A stretch of 63,477 bases of DNA, the filler included, from Nemertoderma westbladi (taxonomy: Eukaryota; Animalia; Xenacoelomorpha): assembly GCA_032718475.1 (NCBI GenBank). It is 4 parts of 4 records of this genome, joined end to end, with 100 filler letters (N's around TTAATTAATTAA, not from the genome) between each part and the next. Parts side by side here need not be neighbours in the genome. Positions count along the whole stretch, not along the records: positions 48,067 to 57,632 come from JAUCBJ010005480.1; positions 57,733 to 63,477 come from JAUCBJ010003917.1; 2 more parts are not named here. The stretch is one strand, 5' to 3'. Shown here in pieces: positions 52,221-63,477 of this stretch. The translations under genes and the position numbers were made by a program. Numbering within the stretch: the first letter of the stretch is position 1; every line of letters starts with the position of its first letter. Under the pieces are notes generated by a model that saw only the letters and a list, made by a program, of their open reading frames with translations, was not told the origin of the DNA and ran no database searches.

Positions 52221-53928
52221 GTCGTTTGAATAATAATTTCAGAAATATTCCATCAACTTGTATTCAACTTTATATATTCAACTTTGTTTTCACTCAATAA
52301 ATTTTGGAATATTTTTGTCAGAGTAGTTCACTACAAAATATTTAATTTAAAATTTGAAATACAATATTTTGGTAATTGTTATTATAATTAATTAATTGAA
52401 AAGAATAAATTATATTATAAAAAACTTCAAATGATGTACATTAAAATAATACTGATAATGGAGAAATGATGGAATGGTTTTATTACAACAATAAACTACT
52501 GTAGAGAAACGAAATGGATCTGCCAAAATATAGATATCAAGTGTCAAAACTTTTAGATATGGTGTAACTTAGACGTAGGCCTTCAGTATTTTATAAAACA
52601 ATTAGACTCCAGTTCGAGTTGTCCGTCCTTTATTCATATACAATGCCATATGGGGCAGATTTGGCGAACTTTAATCCAGTCTGGTGTATTTTTGTGCCAA
52701 AAATAATTATTCAATTGTGTTAAGCCTATCAGACATGACATATTATTATTAATAAATATATTATGGTTTACAAAGTAGAATGTGGTTTATAGTTCTGTCA
52801 TATACGAATCACTCACAGCTGCATATTACTGTAGGTGGCAACCATAATGACGATGTATGAAGTGTAACAAGTTAAGTTTACTAACGAATATTACATTGTT
52901 CGATGCACAGTAGGTAATGATGGACTGCAGGAAGTCATATAGATGAGGTGAGCAAGTCAAATCAAATCAGCAACAAAAAATATACCCCAAAATAATTGCT
53001 CCACCCTGATATTATCATAGTTGAGTTAAGATGTAACCTAGGTAACATCTTAGTGCTAAAACCCAGCGCTAACTTGCAGGAGTTTTACCGACTGTCTGAC
53101 TGTCATCTTAGAACAGATCAGCATGATCGTGATCTTTGTTCTGTGGCAGCCGGCCGGTGGTGAACGAAATGTTTTAAGAATAATGGCCGTTTAATGCTGG
53201 TCGTTTCTTATTGTGAATCAAGGTCACAAAACTTATTTCCAATCATATTATACATATCATATTATACAAGTGTTTGGACATAATATTATGTCCATCGACC
53301 CCAAAGACGGACGGTTACTTTGGTGGTTCCTCTAGAGATATTAAACTAAAAGAAAATCTACTGGATTTATCGCGAGTTCGAGGCTCTGAATTGGATAAGG
53401 AATTACAGACAAATCTTCTTTGATAGTATCAACTGGTAATAAATAGTATCATCTTTGTTTTTGTGGTGGATAACTAAACAGTCTCATCCGATATCATTGC
53501 CATTCCGCTAAGGAAATCATGTTTCGGCTCAAAAAACAAATGTTCTTCGAAGATTAAGATCTTGTGTTAGATCAAAACGAAAAATCGATTTTAGATTGTC
53601 TTTTCAAAGACATGAGGAGGTTCGAATGCAACACCAGTGCCTGTTTATCCCGAAGATCAAATGCACATCAAACAGGAAGGTGATTTTATGGAAATGAAAG
53701 CTACATGATTACTATTTGTTTAGAGGATTGCATTGCTACTCTCCCAAAATGTTATCGTTCCAGTAAGTATGATGTTTCACTGTGCGATATTCTATTTTCC
53801 TACCACAGTACCATTTTAGCGAAGTACAAAAGAGCCAGTTTGCCCCAGCTGTTGCGCCATTATGTTACGCAGACAATACGTATCTGTACAATAAATTATC
53901 TTAATTATATTTCTGTTTGATTACTAAC

Positions 53929-54080
53929 CGATGGCGGACCTCTGTGGCGTCATGGTAACGGCTCATCAGTTCATCCCCAACGGCGCTGAACTTTGGTGAG
54001 ATTCTCCAGCATGTCTGAGTCTGACAGCCCCCGGAAACACCGTGGCATTTACACTTCTTTTCCATTGAATTTACCACGGC
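53929..54080 (-). CDS. WNT11: Wnt11-like ligand, exon C (contains the Wnt signature)
   Basis: ccgttAG|GCC...CAT CG|GTTAGT. Translates AVVNSMEKKCKCHGVSGGCQTQTCWRISPKFSAVGDELMSRYHDATEVRH(R). CKCHGVSG is the Wnt family signature. Confidence 0.95.
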
Positions 54081-55132
54081 CTAACGGAGTAAATATAATA
54101 TTACAATAATATTTCATTAATACATAAATGTGACGAATGATTAATGATATAATAGAAAAATTATAATGGGGGATTATATGGAAAGAGCACGAGCTCTAGC
54201 AAAAGCAAGACCTGATGAGTGGAGGGGGGAGGTTTACATTTTTGGTTAACCAAAATAAGTAATGGGTGAACGTGTGAAACAAGAAACACCTGAGGCTACC
54301 CGAACGCTCCTCTCTCTTGGCTGTTACCTGTAAAACAGGGAGGGGAGCACACTAACTCCTAGCGTCCAATACTTTCACTACTTCCTTAGAGTTAAATGAA
54401 AACAGGGATGTTCCTTTTCTGGGGCTAGACTAACAACATTGCAATTGACCGACTTTTTAAACATCTGGACAACCTAGGTACGTTTTCATTAAATATTACT
54501 TTTGTATAGTTTCTATAGTCCATAACTAATTGAATTACAAGAAAGATACATTTTCATGTGTTTACCACGAAATAATTAAATAAATAAATCGGGCCGCGCA
54601 ATAATTATTAAAATGTTATATAACCAACCATTCCACTTCATAAACATAAAAAATTCAGCTGCTTGTACCAAGTATGGCACAATAATCAAAAAAGAAGAAT
54701 CACGAAAGAAGAAAGAAGATCGATGATCAAGAAAGAAGAATTAATTGTGACTCCAGTTTCAATTAAATCAGCTTCATCAAAAACCCTTGCAAATTCTTGT
54801 GGCTTTGCCTTCAATATTTTATTTTTAATTTAATTTTGGCCTTGCCCACATTTCTATAGAGGCTGAATCACTGTGCCTTGGCGTAAAGGATACCGTAAAC
54901 CGTCAAACATCATCCAGGTGTATTCCGGGTAAATAGAAATACTGGACTGGTACTAAAGTATCAGACACATCACATATCCAAGGTCTATCAGACAAGGTAA
55001 TACATGGATACGAAGTTTCAATGAAAGGTTTACTGAGAGCAGGGGGAGGTGAAAAGGCAATATTATGGTAAAAAATGATATTGCAAGAAACAAAATAAAA
55101 GCCATCGTTTTCGATGCAATAAATAGTTTTAA

Positions 55133-56108
55133 TTGTGTTTATCAAACTAAACTTACGTTTCTCCCCGCTCGGTTGTTGTGTTTATCAAACTAAACTTACG
55201 TTTCTCCCCGCTCGGTTGTTGTGTTTATCAAACTAAACTTACGTTTCTCCCCGCTCGGTTGTTGTGTTTATCAAACTAAACTTACGTTTCTCCCCGCTCG
55301 GTTGTTGTGTTTATCAAACTAAACTTACGTTTCTCCCCGCTCGGTTGTTGTGTTTATCAAACTAAACTTACGTTTCTCCCCGCTCGGTTGTTGTGTGTGT
55401 TTATCAAACTAAACTCACGTTTCTCCCCGCTCGGTTGTTGTGTTTATCAAACTAAACTTACGTTTCTCCCCGCTCGGTTGTTGTGTGTGTTTATCAAACT
55501 AAACTCACGTTTCTCCCCGCTCGGTTGTTGTGTTTATCAAACTAAACTTACGTTTCTCCCCGCTCGGTTGTTGTGTGTGTTTATCAAACTAAACTCACGT
55601 TTCTCCCCGCTCGGTTGTTGTGTTTATCAAACTAAACTCACGTTTCTCCCCGCTCGGTTGTTGTGTTTATCAAACTAAACTCACGTTTCTCCCCGCTCGG
55701 TTGTTGTGTTTATCAAACTAAACTCACGTTTCTCCCCGCTCGGTTGTTGTGTTTATCAAACTAAACTCACGTTTCTCCCCGCTCGGTTGTTGTGTTTATC
55801 AAACTAAACTTACGTTTCTCCCCGCTCGGTTGTTGTGTGTGTTTATCAAACTAAACTCACGTTTCTCCCCGCTCGGTTGTTGTGTTTATCAAACTAAACT
55901 CACGTTTCTCCCCGCTCGGTTGTTGTGTTTATCAAACTAAACTTACGTTTCTCACCGCTCGGTTGTTGTGTTTATCAAACTAAACTTACGTTTCTCCCCG
56001 CTCGGTTGTTGTGTGTGTTTATCAAACTAAACTCACGTTTCTCCCCGCTCGGTTGTTGTGTTTATCAAACTAAACTTACGTTTCTCCCCGCTCGGTTGTT
56101 GTGTTTAT
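55133..56108 (-). repeat. 43/45-bp tandem array (~22 copies) of the Wnt exon-B end plus splice donor
   Basis: Minus-strand unit ATAAACACAACAACCGAGCGGGGAGAAAC|GT(A/G)AGTTTAGTTTG. The first copy is the coding exon end (NKHNNRAGRN). Confidence 0.96.
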
Positions 56109-56217
56109 TCATCAACGCTTTCGCAGTTGGAGCCTTCTTCTTCCGTATCAGATGAGCGTCGGCGAACTCTTCGCTGATACGCAGTCCGTGTTGCAGATTG
56201 TCGCCGCATCCACCCCA
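56080..56217 (-). CDS. WNT11: Wnt11-like ligand, exon B
   Basis: ctacAG|TGG...AAC|GTAAGT. Translates WGGCGDNLQHGLRISEEFADAHLIRKKKAPTAKALMNKHNNRAGRN (Wnt WGGC.DN and HNN..GR motifs; WGGCGDNL and F.DA..+KK resemble Wnt11). Confidence 0.95.
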
Positions 56218-56439
56218 CTGTAGACGTAAATAAAAAAAGTGAAATATAATACAACGGGATATATAGTAGCCCGCCCTGTAAAGTTCAGATTAATATGTGT
56301 AATAGCCAACTATAAATACCAGAAGGAGTAAAATATGAACGATTTTTAAAATAAAATGAATTTGATGGCTATTTAGTTTGTTTGAGCAAAAACGTTAGGT
56401 ATAGACATAATTATAGCCTAACAATTTCTAACAATTACG

Positions 56440-56630
56440 TCGGGTTCACTGTGTCCAAGTACAATGCAAATAAATATCTACGACCGTAAAGACAGATTTG
56501 GAGGGGTCTCAATGGTCTCCCAAGCTTGACACTTAACTAGGACAGGAGGTTGACACTGGACTTGAAGATACGGATAATCTTGTAAAAGTCATGGGGGATA
56601 GGGAGTTGTGACGGCGCAATATTGTCGATT
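56440..56630 (+). mobile_element. Short decayed fragment of the same RTE family
   Basis: Similar to 50330-50635 (gggttcactgtgtccaagtacaatgca; gtcatgggggatagggagttgtgacggcgcaat). Confidence 0.75.
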
Positions 56631-56640
56631 GGATACAATT

Positions 56641-57563
56641 GGTTCTGTAACTCACCTTAAACTGTCCGTTTGTCGGGTAGCCTCTTGGTACTGTAACTCA
56701 CCTTAAACTGTCCGTTTGTCGGGTATCCTCTTGGTACTGTAACTCACCTTAAACTGTCCGTTTGTCGGGTAGCCTCTTGGTACTGTAACTCACCTTAAAC
56801 TGTCCGTTTGTCGGGTAGCCTCTTGGTACTGTAACTCACCTTAAACTGTCCGTTTGTCGGGTATCCTCTTGGTACTGTAACTCACCTTAAACTGTCCGTT
56901 TGTCGGGTAGCCACTTGGTACTGTAACTCACCTTAAACTGTCCGTTTGTCGGGTAGCCTCTTGGTACTGTAACTCACCTTAAACTTTCCGTTTGTCTGTA
57001 GCCTCTCGGTACTGTAACTCACCTTAAACTGTCCGTTTGTCGGGTAGCCTGTTGGTACTGTAACTCACCTTAAACTGTCCGTTTGTCGGGTATCCTCTTG
57101 GTACTGTAACTCACCTTAAACTGTCCGTTTGTCGGGTAGCCTCTTGGTACTGTAACTCACCTTAAACTGTCCGTTTGTCGGGTATCCTCTTGGTACTGTA
57201 ACTCACCTTAAACTGTCCGTTTGTCGGGTAGCCTCTTGGTACTGTAACTCACCTTAAACTTTCCGTTTGTCTGTAGCCTCTCGGTACTGTAACTCACCTT
57301 AAACTGTCCGTTTGTCGGGTAGCCTGTTGGTACTGTAACTCACCTTAAACTGTCCGTTTGTCGGGTATCCTCTTGGTACTGTAACTCACCTTAAACTGTC
57401 CGTTTGTCGGGTAGCCACTTGGTACTGTAACTCACCTTAAACTGTCCGTTTGTCGGGTAGCCTCTTGGTACTGTAACTCACCTTAAACTTTCCGTTTGTC
57501 GGGTAGCCTCTTGGTACTGTAACTCACCTTAAACTGTCCGTTTGTCGGGTAGCCTCTTGGTAC
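56641..57563 (-). repeat. 46-bp tandem array (~20 copies) of the Wnt exon-A end plus splice donor
   Basis: Minus-strand unit GTACCAAGAGGCTACCCGACAAACGGACAGTTTAAG|GTGAGTTACA. The first copy is the coding exon end (VPRGYPTNGQFK). Confidence 0.96.
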
Positions 57564-57632
57564 ATTGCCGCAGCCACATCTCCTCACTATACCAGCGGCG
57601 CAATCTCTACTGACGCTCCAAACAATTGCTGC
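57528..57632 (-). CDS. WNT11: Wnt11-like ligand, exon A (5'-truncated by the gap)
   Basis: AAIVWSVSRDCAAGIVRRCGCGNVPRGYPTNGQFK|GTGAGT. Matches Wnt11 [25 protein letters not shown] and joins WGGC in phase 0. The subfamily call is from motif recall only. Confidence 0.9.
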
Positions 57633-57732
57633 NNNNNNNNNNNNNNNNNNNNNNNNNNNNNNNNNNNNNNNNNNNNTTAATTAATTAANNNNNNNNNNNN
57701 NNNNNNNNNNNNNNNNNNNNNNNNNNNNNNNN
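57633..57732. other. Artificial contig spacer
   Basis: N44-TTAATTAATTAA-N44. Confidence 0.97.
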
Positions 57733-58869
57733 ACTAAAGCACTACTTCCTATGTTCACTACTCAAACTATGTTACTACTTTTATGGCCCTACCGGTAGGT
57801 TAGGTGTAGATAACAAAAATATAATATAATTATAATTACTATGTTACTACTTTTATGGCCCTACCGGTAGGTTATGTGTAGATAACAAAAATATAATATA
57901 ATTATAATTGAGGCTACGCGTATCCCTGTAAGTGCAGGCAATGAAATTAAGTAAATAACAATTGTATAGGTATTGAAAAGAAGAAAATAGTTTTGTGATA
58001 TAAAAAATAATTCGCACAGAATTAATATTACTATTAAAAATACCCGTGTATAAATATTTATAACGAGATATTTATACAGTATAAATCTTACCATCCCCGG
58101 TTATAATCTGTTGTATTGCGGGTTATAAGTGTTGGTCAGGTTATTTAGGTCAGTATTCTAGGTCATTGATCAAGAAAACTTGCCTCCTCCATGCAGCACA
58201 AACGAGGTGCCACCTGTAGCTGCATAGACCCTCTTACTAGGGCAAATTTGGTCCTGTAACTAGGACCCCCTTCGTTCTGGGATAAGGACGCCCTTGGTCC
58301 TGGATTAAGGACCCATATACTTGGCTGCAGGTGTATATGGCCTGGCCAGGCAGGTGGTGATCTACCAATGGCTGGTCAGGAGTTGAGTGTTCTCATGTCC
58401 ACTCTGGGTGCACTTCACTGCGACCTGCACCTGGCAGCAGGGGTACAGGGCATGACCCAGCAGATGAGCTGCACAGCCAATGTTGCTTCATGTGCGCCAG
58501 AGTATATATGGGTGATAGGCCTCATATCTGACTCCACTGCGACACCCACCCTGTGGAATGGCAAACCAGGGTGTGGTATTTGCCCCGAGAGCTGACTCGG
58601 CCAAAAAGCACCCCCCAACCCACTAGAGGCCAGTGGAATTACCGGACACAATCGGCCTCAAAGGCGTCAGTTATCTCCTGACCGGGTGCCTGTCTCACCC
58701 CCTACTGGAGAGAGATAGAGCAGCCAACAATTTGAGTCCCTTTCCTGATGCCCAAACCCTGGGTCACCAGGGAAGCCAGATTGTGAGGGGGAGAAGGATT
58801 CTGGAGTTGGAGGCTACTCTCATGTTCCACCCCGACCAACAAAGCCATTGGCGAATCAGAGGCAAGTCA

Positions 58870-59275
58870 CTAGACTAGCCTCAGTAAACACCCTAACACT
58901 CGGGTCAACAATGCGGCAAGGTGAGCTTACTGCCTTGGCAGATAAGCTTTCTCTTAGCGCAGTGGGTGTTCAAGAGCACCGAAAGTAGACTGGACAGACT
59001 GATGAGGTTCTGATTAAGGACATGGGGGTGGTTGGCGACTCGCCCTCGCGTCAGCAGATGATAGTGGCAATGGTGGAATTGGTCTATTGATGAATCCAAC
59101 TGCACATGCAGCATTGGACAAAATAGACCAAATCTCTAACCGCATCATCCGTTGCCACTTCACATGTTCTGGAAGACTGGCTAAGAAGTTTCTTAAGGTG
59201 GTTCTGATTGTGTGCTACTCTCCAACTAGTGTTGCCCCTGTAGAGGTGGTGGAAAATTTCTACCACAATCTACAA
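58870..59275 (+). mobile_element. Decayed APE-endonuclease region of a LINE (RTE-like 5' end; probable 5' UTR from ~58200)
   Basis: LAVGVQEHR-like motif, GGIGLLM, ISNRIIRCHF, LIVCYSPT..VENFYHNL, with frameshifts. Confidence 0.75.
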
Positions 59276-59989
59276 GTTCTGGGCTACGACGGGATTGGGG
59301 TCAACTACGACGAGTTCTGGGCTGACTACGACGGGATTGGGGTCGACCACGAATGGAGCTGGGTCGATTTCCTCGACTACAAAGGGATCCGTGTCGAGTT
59401 GGACAATTACAGACTTCTTCAAACCCCACAAATACACTATGACTGAAACACACGTAGGCACTATTGAAGACCTCACTGAAGACGGCACCTGGGTTACGAG
59501 GAAACCATACAACAGTCTCAACTACACCACAAAGAAACCCCCACTATGTACCTCAACCCAGTACGTTAAATCTGACACTCCTAACTTTCTAACTCCTACA
59601 GAAAAATTCTTCTATAATACCAGCATCAAACCCCTCGACAATGGCACACGGACCTCTCATTTAACCCCCACAACAGACCCACAGTCCAGAAACAATGCCA
59701 AGGTCGTATCCGAGCCGATCACCACACCCGACTGCAGCATGGCATCTAGAAGGACAACCCTAGGACCAGGACACAGCCAGCCCAATACCACCCATGCTGA
59801 CAAGCTAATACTAATAAAAGATGTTCCATATCACCGATATATCATATACATATATATCATATACATATCATATACATATCACCGTTCCATATTCCGAACA
59901 TATCTTTACCTACCCCGACATAGTAGACGGTTTTCATGAAGAAGCAGTCATCATCGCGGCCACGACAAAGCCAACCGCCCACAGAGGCC

Positions 59990-60456
59990 TAGTTCTCCTA
60001 AAACCCGGGGATCCGGACTGGAAATATTTCGACAACAATGTCTACTTGTCTACAGTAATTATTGACTCATTCCTATCAATTCTCAAACGCAAATTCAGCT
60101 GCATAGATTCTTTTCTCGGCTCTAAGATATGACAACCCACCTTCAACACTGCAAGCGCAGTCTCATACATTACTAACTCATGTGATCCTGCCACCACACC
60201 ATTTATCCTATTCCCAGATTGCCACCTCTCACACTTTTTACTACATATTGCAAACCAACAAACGAAGAAAATCTACACACTCTGTAGTCTATCATCCACT
60301 TACACTAACAGAGTAGCCACATCGATATCGAAGCTACTCAACCTAGTACATAGGATAAACTCAGACTCCACTCCCTGGACAGTTGACGAACAATACACAA
60401 GACCCTACCCTGGTCAATCGAACAGCCATGACTGCGGCGCATTGGTCTGCCCATAA
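59990..60456 (+). pseudogene. Ulp1/C48 (SUMO-protease-like) cysteine protease domain, interrupted by stops
   Basis: One frame reads YLSTVIIDSFLSIL...CIDSF...(TGA at 60130)...FILFPDCHLSHFLLHIANQQTKKIYTLCSL...PGQSNSHDCGALVC. The order of His and Q-x-N-x-x-DCG motifs is that of clan CE/C48 proteases. Confidence 0.65.
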
Positions 60457-61170
60457 GCCCTTGCCATTGCCTCCAAAAGCGAGAGTATACTCGGAATACA
60501 TTCAGACAGCAGTCGTCGGTGGTGAGGAACTGCTTTGCTTAGATGAAACAAAAATCCAAGAGATCAATGAAACAGCTGCAATCCACTGCCTTGATAAACA
60601 GAGCCCACGAATTCCGGCACAACTAAACATATCACCACATCCCACAGATATAACTGACCTTAAATCCCTTCTTCAATTCCTGAGGAAGGAGGCTCTGCTG
60701 AAAATCATGTCTGAAAACACAGACACCATCGCCTTAACCAGGTCCAGTCTGCTAGAAGAAGTGAAGCCATTAATGTCCCCAGTACAGAGTCTTACCTGAA
60801 ACTCCACCCATGTACGTCTAGTCACGAGCTAGCAGTTGACATCCTGGAGCTGATACGTAGCCGGGAAGAACATCAATTCTTGGAATCATGCAGAAAACGC
60901 CTACGCAAAGTGGAAACAATGGGCGATTCAGATATTACCATAGAGGGGCTGCGAAATTACTTCCTATCAGCAGTGGCCGCACTTCAATCTCGAATCTGCA
61001 TCACTGAAAGGGATAACAGCCTGATGGATGAATGCATCAAAATACTGGAAGCTGAACTGGAACTGGAACGACATGGTAGAACAGTTCTCGGACACCGTCT
61101 CACAGGGTTAGAAACCATCGCGCAAGAGACCACATTCAAGCCGACTGCCGCAGTATCCCAGCCGGAGGAC

Positions 61171-62060
61171 ACTACTACTACTAGGATCGGCATGCTGCAT
61201 TGCAGCTGCATTTTTAAGAATGCTGTGCCGGCTTGTCAACAAAATTGCACCGCCACAACTCCCTATCACCCATGACATTTGCTAGATCATCCGCATCTTT
61301 AAGGCCAGTGTCCTTTAAGATGCGTCTCAAGAAAGTCATGGGCTGTCCACCATGCTTATTCACTCCATGAGGCTGCCAAAGTACAAGATTATGCACTGGC
61401 TGGTCCTCACGGCGAAAGCAATGTCCTGCAAAGCGGAGGCGATTTTGTTCTAGTGTCAAGCTTGGGGGAACCAATGAGACACCTCCAATGTTATATAGTG
61501 TCTGGTTGGAGATGTGTGCATTGTACTTGACACAATGAACCCGGCGTAGCATTCTTGTGAATGTGCCATCCAGAGATTTGGTGTCCTCAGCAGTTAGAGC
61601 CCAGCATGGACTCCCGTAGAGGAGTACTGGAACTACTGCTGCTCTAAATAATCGGACCTTAAGTTTCCGATTAATTCTCGGTGACTTCCAAATCCTGGAA
61701 AGCCTATTCAAGGCTGCCCATGCCTTTCCCTTACATATTCGAAGGTCCTCACCTGACTTCCGGATCCATGATCCCAGGTAACAGAAATCGTCCACATGCT
61801 CAAGCATACCATCCTTTGAGCTTATGCTCATCCGATCAGAGACTTGCTGAGGACTTTCAAAGTTAACTGTCAGAATTTTGGTCTTTCTGGAGTTAATAAA
61901 AAGACCAACACTAGAAGCAGCATGTTCTAATGAGCTGAGGAGCCGTTGGGCTCCCTCTAATGATTCTGAGAGTACTCCTAAGTCATCAGCAAAGTCTAGA
62001 TCAGTTAGGTACTTGGCAGGATTTCCTCGACTTCTGGAGCCAGTAGGTGGAGTTATCATC
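61171..62060 (-). mobile_element. 5'-truncated RTE LINE copy, near-identical to 49810-50695
   Basis: DLDFADDL...LLYGSPCWALT. (TAG)n tail at 61171-61184. Inserted into the ORF1-like region of another element. Confidence 0.93.
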
Positions 62061-62899
62061 ACCGCGGACCTAGACTCACTCCCCGAGTCAGCGGTATCGA
62101 TAACCGCCTATGTGAAATTGCCTCTATATCTCCTGACAGTGTCCAACGCCACCAGTCAAGACCAAAATACCAACAAGCCCATGTAAAAACTACACCATAT
62201 ACTAGCTCCTCACAAGACCTAGCGATGAATAACCGTGGGTCAAACTACCTCAAAGCCCCCTGGTCACAGTATGACAACCCTGGAGCGACGTCACACTGGA
62301 GTCGCCACAGCCATATAAAATGTAACATACAGGCCCAGAACCCCAATGGACAGTCATCAGGCAGTATCCAAACATCATACCCCTATATGCCTAAAAAACC
62401 CCCCCAGCTTTCATCCAAAGCAGGCACTGCAACGGTACACAGTAGGACCACAAAGGACCACCAACCCAACAGCAGCCTCCCAAAAGAATCCTGAACATAA
62501 AAGGCTATGGAAAGGCCACAATGCCCCCAAGGGATCCAAACCCTCAAACTTCTGCTCTGTGTTTGTCAACAGAATCTCAATGAAACAGAAGACAACATCC
62601 TACATTTCCTAGATAGAAACAGGGTAAGGGTTCAATGATTAACTACACGAATTAATAACTTCACAAATGCTAAGAACATGAGATAACAATCAACAGAACC
62701 GACCTTGAACTCGTAACTGCCCAAGGTTCCTGGCCCCCTGGTATCACCTGCCGTGAATGGATCCAAAACAACAGGAACCAGAGCAATCAATACAGTAGCG
62801 CTAATCAACCACAACGTCCCAACTATCACCCCTCACGACACTCTGGACAGCGGGTTTAACAGCAATTATACCCAAGCGGAGAGCCCAAACAAGTCAGAA

Positions 62900-63471
62900 C
62901 AGCCCCTAAAAGTTCGCTCTTTCAATACACATGGATTTTCATCAAATTCCACATTTATTCTAGACCTACTCAAAGGCCACAACGTTATTGGCATTCAGGA
63001 GCACTGGCTAGACAACATCGAAGCAAAAACCCTACTGGAGAACATGGGCAATAACCTTCAATGCGTGTACAGTGTGAGTGATAAGATGTCTAACCCGGAT
63101 AGGAAAAGAGGGGTTGGCGGGGTTGCCCTGTTCTTCAGCAAGGACATCTTCGAGAATTGGAATAGAATGGCTTGCAGCGACGATATAGTCGAAGTTCTTG
63201 GGAGGACACCAAATGGCCATCAATATCTATCCTATCCTGCTACGCACCGGACAGTAGTAAAGGTACCATCGAGTACAATAACCATCTGGGCCACCTGATG
63301 TCCCTAATCAACCAACATGAAACAGCCATCCCAATCATTCTGGCAGACACCAACGGCGAACTGGGTGACCCCCAGGGGAAGAGAGCTGCTAGACCAAGTA
63401 TCAGGGGTAAGCTACTGAATTCATGGCTCAGTGATAATGGCGTAATAAGTAGACAATCACGGAATGTTTGA
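62900..63471 (+). mobile_element. APE endonuclease (start of ORF2) of a LINE, frameshifted
   Basis: LKVRSFNTHGF, VIGIQEHWL, RGVGGVALF, ILSCYAP, IILADTNG motifs. Confidence 0.85.
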
Positions 63472-63477
63472 TGGGCC

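Noticed and set aside
53884-53928. 45-nt intron after Wnt exon C using the tacAG at ~53884
   Set aside because: Gives a stop within six codons. The exon at 48085-48225 restores Wnt homology in the correct phase.
57765-57910. ~72-bp direct duplication near the contig start
   Set aside because: Two copies only, AT-rich, no associated feature.

Overview
Repeat-rich animal (probably bilaterian invertebrate) genomic DNA, not prokaryotic. It consists of four contigs (1-28993, 29094-47966, 48067-57632, 57733-63477) joined by artificial N44-TTAATTAATTAA-N44 spacers, so adjacency across spacers is not evidence of linkage. By reading splice sites I recovered two spliced genes that the ORF track largely misses: CSTF3/CstF-77 (three exons, minus strand) and a Wnt11-like gene (four exons, minus strand). 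Single-exon ORFs encode a cytosolic sulfotransferase, a VWA3A homolog with an extra C-terminal Ig domain, a WD40 protein with a C-terminal membrane anchor, and an unknown 367-aa protein nested in a Wnt intron. The rest is satellites, a head-to-tail Helitron-like dimer, MITEs, a Gag-only LTR element and several LINE fragments. Main observation: 4 of the 11 visible splice junctions have been amplified into tandem arrays. Each unit is a copy of the exon/intron boundary with an intact splice signal, and a 14.4-kb CSTF3 intron is largely tiled by GT...AG-bounded units. Second observation: a Helitron-borne 147-bp repeat carries a co-oriented, full-length CTCF-like motif in each unit, immediately upstream of CSTF3. 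All homology calls are from motif recognition, not database searches.
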